Assembly: GCF_009914755.1 (NCBI RefSeq)
Contig: NC_060927.1
DNA from: the human T2T-CHM13v2.0 reference genome, Homo sapiens
DNA: 64,000 nucleotides
Reading direction: 5' to 3' (one strand)
In this document: positions 57,621 through 64,000 of the stretch, piece by piece
Position numbering within the stretch: the first letter of the stretch is position 1
Layout: the number at the start of each line of letters is the position of its first letter
Position numbers and translations under genes: made by a program
Notes under the pieces: model-generated
The model's database searches: none
What the model was told of the DNA's origin: nothing
What the model saw: the letters and a program-made list of their open reading frames with translations, nothing else

Positions 57621-58125
57621 TAGGCCATCTGTGGCCTCCAAGCATAAGGGTCAGTTCTCTGCATATTTACAAAAGCTCCTCTAAGTGACTTCAGCAGCAG
57701 AGATGTTTGTGAACTACCAGATTACGTGATCTGTAAGACTCCTTCCAGCTCTAATTGGAGCTGAGATTCTACATTTCTTATTTTCACCATGAGAAATGGC
57801 TATTCTTGGTCAACACTATCTAGACAATAATTCTCATATTCTTTCAAATGCATCACATTTGGATATTAGCGTTCTACATCTGAAGTTTTTGGTCTCTCAA
57901 AATTCAATTTGCTACTCTACCAGGAAAAGTTTGAATAGTTCTTTCAATTGTGTTTAGATCTAAAGCAGCTCTCTCTGCGTGTGATATCCCCTGTCAGTTC
58001 TTTGTAAATGACATTTTCATTGTTAAGTTGCAAATTTGAGGTTTAATATTATCTCTTTTAGGCAATAAAGCAGCACAGTACACACCTCCACTTTAAGAAA
58101 CAATAACACATAAAAATGTGAAATT

Positions 58126-58473
58126 GGTGAGGCCTGGTGGCTCAGGCCTGCAATCCCAGCACTTTGGAAGGCCAAGGTGGGCCGAGATTGCTTGAAGCTG
58201 GGAGTTCGAGACCATCCTGGGAAACATAGTGAGACCCCCCCCATCTCTAAAATAAATAAATCAATAAATAAAAATAACCAGGCTGGGCAACATAGTGAGA
58301 CCCCCATCTCTAAAATAAATAAAAATTATCCAGGCATGGTGGCGCACGCCTATAGTCCCACCCACTCGAGCAGCTGAGGTGGGAGAATCACTTGAGCCTA
58401 GGAGTTTGAGGCCATAGTGAGCTGTGATTGCATCACTGCACTCCGCCCTGGAGGACAAAGTGAGACTCTGTCT

Positions 58474-58505
<32 letters not shown>
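58126..58505 (+). mobile_element. AluJ-type SINE with internal duplication
   Basis: Left-arm 3' end plus middle A-rich linker present twice (58217-58282 and 58283-58334). Confidence 0.92.
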
Positions 58506-58506
<1 letters not shown>

Positions 58507-58629
58507 AACAGATCATGGACTCTTAAAACAAAAAGTGAAATTATGAAACAGTTAAGGGGTGTTTATAATATTTGGCCCAGGCTAGGATTTCCTTTGTATA
58601 GAGAACTTCTTTTCTACTGAAATCATGAC

Positions 58630-58762
58630 TGTCAGGTAACAATATATCCTGGATTTTTCCAGGACGGCCCCAGTTTTTACCTGTTGTCTCTGAGTAATTA
58701 ACAGAGTGCCACTTTCCCTCTCAAAAGTGTCCCGTTTGGATGACAAATAACATGGCATCCTT
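58630..58762. mobile_element. MER94-like hAT-Blackjack MITE
   Basis: tcctggatttttccaggacggccccagttt...aaaagtgtcccgtttggatgacaaataacatggcatcct. Confidence 0.6.
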
Positions 58763-58884
58763 CCTGTAGGTGAAACAGCCAAAATGATTGCTCCATTTAT
58801 TTTATACTTAGTAAGAGGCAGGCCTGCTCTGGGGGCCTTCTCTATATTATCCCAGTGAATCCTCACAATATTTTGCTTACGGGT

Positions 58885-59380
58885 GATATCCTGAGGTTGG
58901 GTCTTTCAAAAAGCAGACGCTGAGACAAGGAGTCAGGGAGGAGGATTTTTTCTGGGAAATATTACCAGGAAGCATAGGTAGGGAAGTGAGGAATGGAGTC
59001 AGGGAAGGGAAGGATGCCAAAACATGGTGTCTTCGTGAACAGTAACCAGAGCCGCAAGTAACCAGAGCTCAGTCTTGCCGGGAACTGTCTGAGAGACTGT
59101 GTGAGCATGCCTCAGAATGTTCCCATGGAGGGGCTGGGAGGCCGCAGTTTTATCCTGCAGTTTTACTCCTCATTGGTTGAGGGTCACTCCTGGAAATGTT
59201 CCCTCTCTTTCCCTGATGTCTGGCCTGTCCCATAGCAAGAAGCAGTTCACTTCTGTGGCTAGAGAAAGCCCTCAGGTAAAAGACACAAACAGCCTTGTCA
59301 GGGTGCATGAGAACTGTCTGAAGACAACTTCTGGGGTAGGCCCAGGGCCACTAACAGCACAGCTACAGGGAGACTGAAGC
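58885..59380 (-). mobile_element. ERVL LTR (LTR33-like) remnant
   Basis: tcctgaggttgggtctttcaaaaagcagacgctgagacaagga...ccaggaagcataggtagggaagtgagga. Confidence 0.6.
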
Positions 59381-59489
59381 TTGGTAAGGTTAAGTCACTT
59401 GCCCAAAGCTACATAATTGGTGAGTGGTGGAGACAGGATCTTGACTCATGCATTCTGGCTCTGCACAGCTTACCCTTAACCATGCATAG

Positions 59490-60200
59490 AACTCCCTGTG
59501 CCTACACCTGAGTCACTTGTGCATCACCCAATATCTGTGCACTGGCCTTGTTTCTGGCCTGAGAGGCCCTGGCAATGGCTTGCTGTACAGCCAGGTAGCC
59601 AAGGCCTCTGCCACAGTCACCAACTGAGGTACTTGTGGCAGGCGATTCCTCCTGGCCTCTCAGGGAAATGACCAATGAACTCTTCTTCCTCTCTCCCCCT
59701 GCACTGCTCAGAAGCATAATAATTTCATATGGCTTCTCCCAAGACACCCCTGGAAGACCATGTAGTCAGCTTGTCACAAAGCCAGCTTTCTCATCTATGA
59801 TGCACTTCCTTGTATTCACCTCCTTGCCCTCCCTGCTCACTCCTTCTTATTCACACTCACACCTGCTTCCCTGGGATTGCACTCCCCAATAAAGTGCTAG
59901 TACCCAAGCTTTCATTTTGTAATGGAACATAATCTGCATGCAGTAAGTTTTGACAAATGCCTACACCTATGTGACCCACCCTTGCATCCAGATCTAGAGC
60001 AACCATCAGCCCAGGAAGTTTCCTTAGACCCCTCACCAGTCAATCCACTCTTCTCACATTCCTAGGCAACCACTGTTCTGATTTATTTCAGTATCAAGCT
60101 TTACCTGTCCTAGAATATCAAATAAATGACAATCGTAGAATCTAACACATACAGTTTTGCCTGGGGGATCTGTTTTCCAGGGAACCTGGGTGAGGACTTA
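59490..60200 (+). mobile_element. ERVL LTR (LTR16-like) remnant split by an L1M fragment at about 59915-60150
   Basis: cctgcttccctgggattgcactccccaataaagtgctag...tctgttttccagggaacctggg. Confidence 0.55.
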
Positions 60201-61894
60201 CCTCTAACTTGGTATATTTTGAGTTTTTCTCATAATTCTGGTCCATTGAAGTACACATACCATATACCACTTCCAGGGTAGACCAAAATAATTACAAATA
60301 TTGGTATTTAAAGTTCACGATCAAAACATTTTCATTTAATGAGTGATATTCAAAGCAATGACCTCAGTGCATTATAGATCCTAATTTTTTATCTTCATTA
60401 TAAGTCTTTAGGATAGCTATTATCTTTGGCTTATAGATTAGGAAACTAAGTCTCCAGTTAGGCTGAGTAGTGACTTGAGATGACACAATGTAATAGAGGC
60501 AAGGTTGGGATTTGAGCCAGACTGCATCTGCCTCCAAGTCTTATGCTCTTTCATAAAATACTCTACATATAAGTTATCTGAAGAGAAACTCCCTATTAGT
60601 AACCATGACTCTACGGAAATCCATAAGCAAACTTTGGCTCATGATGCATAAAGCTAAAGGGACAAGGAAATTTGCAAAAGGAGGGCTCTCTCTGCACAAA
60701 GAAATGACTGCCTCATCTCCTGAGTACAGCTTTGAAAGGCTATTAGAGATCCACCCAGTAGAAAGATTACTGGGTATCACAGAAGATGATTGATCACTTA
60801 TTCCCACAGCAGGCAGGTTGCTGAAACACTACCCTGGAAGCCAGAGGGAGTAAACTGTGAATAAGTGAAGCCTCACCTTGATCCATTTGGAAAAGTACAG
60901 TACACCCTTTACTTAACTCGTACCCATTCAAACATATTTATGGGGCAACTACCACGTGCAGACTCTGCTGCTCTCAATTCTGAGGTTATAGCAGCAACTA
61001 AGGCTGACTTTCTGAATAAATGATCAACTGATTTGTATTAAACTTTTGCTTATAGTAATTTAAAATACATGCTGGTAACTTTTTTTGCCCATTAATACCT
61101 ATCCTGTCAGAAATGGGAAGGGTATGTTGGCCAGGAGGTTTTCTGGTAACAGGACAGAGGTATTTTTTGACCATTTAGAGTGCCTTGGAAATATGCTAGC
61201 TTGGCAAGTGAGTGCAGTAGGATAACATAACATTATCAGCGCCCTTACCCATAGACTGTCTGCAGGCCAGAAAGTAAACTGTCACCTATATATGATTTCT
61301 AAGGCAGATAAGGCCTGGAAATGGTGTTTTTCTTTCTTCTTTTCTCTAAAACATGAAACTAGGACTACAGATTAAGTAAAGACCATGTGATACTCAGTAT
61401 GCAATGGTTTGCAAATGTTTTAAATGTGGAGACCCCTTTCTTATAGAAGTGGTCCTTCTAGGACAGGAGGAAAAAAACTGACAGAATTAGAATATCACTA
61501 TTTCACAGCCCTTAATGAATTAATGGATCCATCACTGATTGCCAATATCCCCGAGTGATCACCTGATGCAATGGGGCTCCTAAGGGAACAACACACCGTC
61601 AATAAATTAGTCTTCAGAAAACAAAATTGAACCTGAATCTTAACAACTATCTCGATCCAACTACCAACAAGCATCAAACAGAACACTGAATTACAACACG
61701 GCAATGAAATTAGCAAAATCCAGACTGTGAGAAACTCTGCAGGTCAAATAACCAATTTTCTTCAATGTCTAAACTGCAAGGGGAAATAACAAAGAGATGG
61801 AGGGAAAACTTACAGATTAAAAGAGGCTTTACAGACATATCAACCAATCCCCAAAAGCTGATGTTATTTGGACCTTAAGTCAAAAACAATCTTC

Positions 61895-62223
<329 letters not shown>

Positions 62224-62251
62224 TTAGGTTAGCATTGACTGGATTATTCTT

Positions 62252-63257
62252 TCTTTAAAATTATTATTATACTTTAAGTTCTAGGGTACACAACATGCAG
62301 GTTTGTTACACAGGTATACATGTGCCATGTTTGCTTACTGAACCCATCGACTCATCATTTACATTAGGTATATCTCCTAATGCTATCCCTCCCCCAGTCC
62401 CCCAGCCCCCGACAGGCCCCGGTGTGTGACGTTCCCCACCCTGTGTCCATGTGTTCTCATTGTTCAATTCCCACCTATGAGTAAGAATATGTGGTGTTTG
62501 GTTTTCTGTTCTTGTGATAGTTTACTGAGAATGATGGTTTCCAGCTTCATCCATGTCCCTTGCAAAGGACATGAACTCATCCTTTTTTATGGCTATATAG
62601 TGTTCCATGGTGTATGTGTGCCATATTTTCTTTATCCAGTCTATGACTGATGGACATTTGGGTTGGTTCCAAGTCTTTGCTATTGTGAATAGTGCCGCAA
62701 TAAACATATGTGTCCATGTGTCTTTATAGGAGCATGATTTATAATCCTTTGGGTATACACCCCGTAATGGGATTGCTGGGTCAAATGGTATTTCTAGTTC
62801 TAGATCCTTAAGGAATTGCCACACTGTCTTCCACAAATAGTTGAACTAATTTGCATTCCCACCAACAGTGTAAAAGCCTTCCTATTTCTCCACATCCTCT
62901 CCAGCATCTGTTGTTTCCTGACTTTTTTTTTTCTCATTCTAAGTGGCATGAGATGGTATCTCACTGTGGTTTTGATTTGCATTTCTCTAATGACCAGCGA
63001 TGATGAGCATTCTTTCATGTGTCTGTTGGCTACATAAACGTCTTCTTTTGAGAAGTGTCTGTTCATATCCTTTGCCCACTTTTTGATGGGGTTGTTTGTT
63101 TTTTTCTTGTAAATTTGTTTAAGTTCTTTGTAGATTCTGGAAATTAGCCCTCTGTCAGATGGGTAGATTGCAAATTTTTTTTTCCATTCTGTAGGTTGCC
63201 TGTTCACTCTGATGATAGTTTCTTTTGCTGTGCAGAAGCTCTTTAGTTTGATTAGAA
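62252..63257 (-). mobile_element. L1PA (about PA6-7-like) 5'-truncated LINE-1
   Basis: ORF2 C-terminal peptides in ORFs 62522-62836 and 62800-63207; perfect 14-bp TSD actggattattctt at 62238-62251 / 63258-63271. Confidence 0.97.
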
Positions 63258-63552
63258 ACTGGATTATTCTTAAATGTTAAAGGTATGAGATTGTTTTTGT
63301 GGAAAAACAGTCCTTATCTTTTGAGGATACACACTGAAATATTTTCAGAAAAATAATGTGATATCTGAGATGTGCTTCAAAATAATAAGGAGGGGAGAAA
63401 TAGGGTACTAATATAGCACAGTTGGCCATGAGTTGATAATTGTTGAAACCTGCATGCTGGATACAGGAATGATAATCATACATTTTGCCTTTGTTTATGT
63501 TTGTATTTTCTCACAACACAAAGTTAAAACCAACAAACAGAAAAGCAAAACC

Positions 63553-63857
63553 TTTTCTTTTCTTTTATTTTTGAGACAGGATCACTCTGTCACCCAGGCT
63601 GGAGTGCAGTGGCTCAATCATGGCTCACTATAGCTTTGACCTCCTAGGTTCACTGATCCTCCCATCTCAGGATCCTGAGTAGCTGGGACTATAGGCATGT
63701 ACCACCACACCCAGCTAATTTTTTATTTTTATTTTTTTGTAGAGTCAGGGTCTCACCATGTTGCCCAGGCTGATCTTGAACTCCTGGGCTCAAGCCATCT
63801 GCCCACCTTCTCTTACCAAAGTGCTGGGATTACAGGCTTGAGCCACTGTGCCCGGCT
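63553..63857 (-). mobile_element. AluJ-type SINE
   Basis: Full antisense dimer. Confidence 0.93.
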
Positions 63858-64000
63858 AGAAGTCTTTTAAAAAATAAAACCTTAATTAGAATCCCCGCCT
63901 TCTAGGCAAAGCAAAAGTTAGAAAGCCAGAACATGCTTATTTGTCTCCATCTCTCTCCCCCAGAGGTCCCACTGTATTTTCTAAGGCACTGGTAAGATGG

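Noticed and set aside
60574-60807. Antiparallel ORFs of 77 and 62 aa in unique DNA
   Set aside because: No similarity I recognise, and no splice or processed-pseudogene hallmarks

Overview
Primate (most likely human or great-ape) non-coding euchromatic DNA, either intronic or intergenic. Roughly half of the window is recognisable interspersed repeat: about 25 Alu-family pieces (FAM, AluJ, AluS and fragments), two 5'-truncated L1PA copies with target-site duplications (TSDs), old L1M/L2/MIR remnants, MaLR and ERVL LTRs, a solo LTR12 (ERV9), an LTR8-type LTR nested in MER21, and hAT/Tigger MITEs. I cannot support any protein-coding gene: the listed ORFs are Alu-, L1-, LTR- or microsatellite-derived, or short chance ORFs. 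I do not recognise the locus and found no new multi-gene system. The most interesting items are: (i) a pair of well-formed minus-strand exon candidates at 28.7-29.6 kb that splice into a decayed, protein-like frame; (ii) a 45-bp direct repeat 1.49 kb apart that reads as two paralogous splice acceptors plus mini-exons; (iii) a near-perfect 39-bp-arm hairpin inside a MIR; (iv) two atypical micro-Alu insertions; (v) a 700-bp AT tract that appears to be an expanded Alu tail. Repeat subfamily names are recalled from consensus sequences and need RepeatMasker/Dfam confirmation; boundaries of old repeats are approximate.
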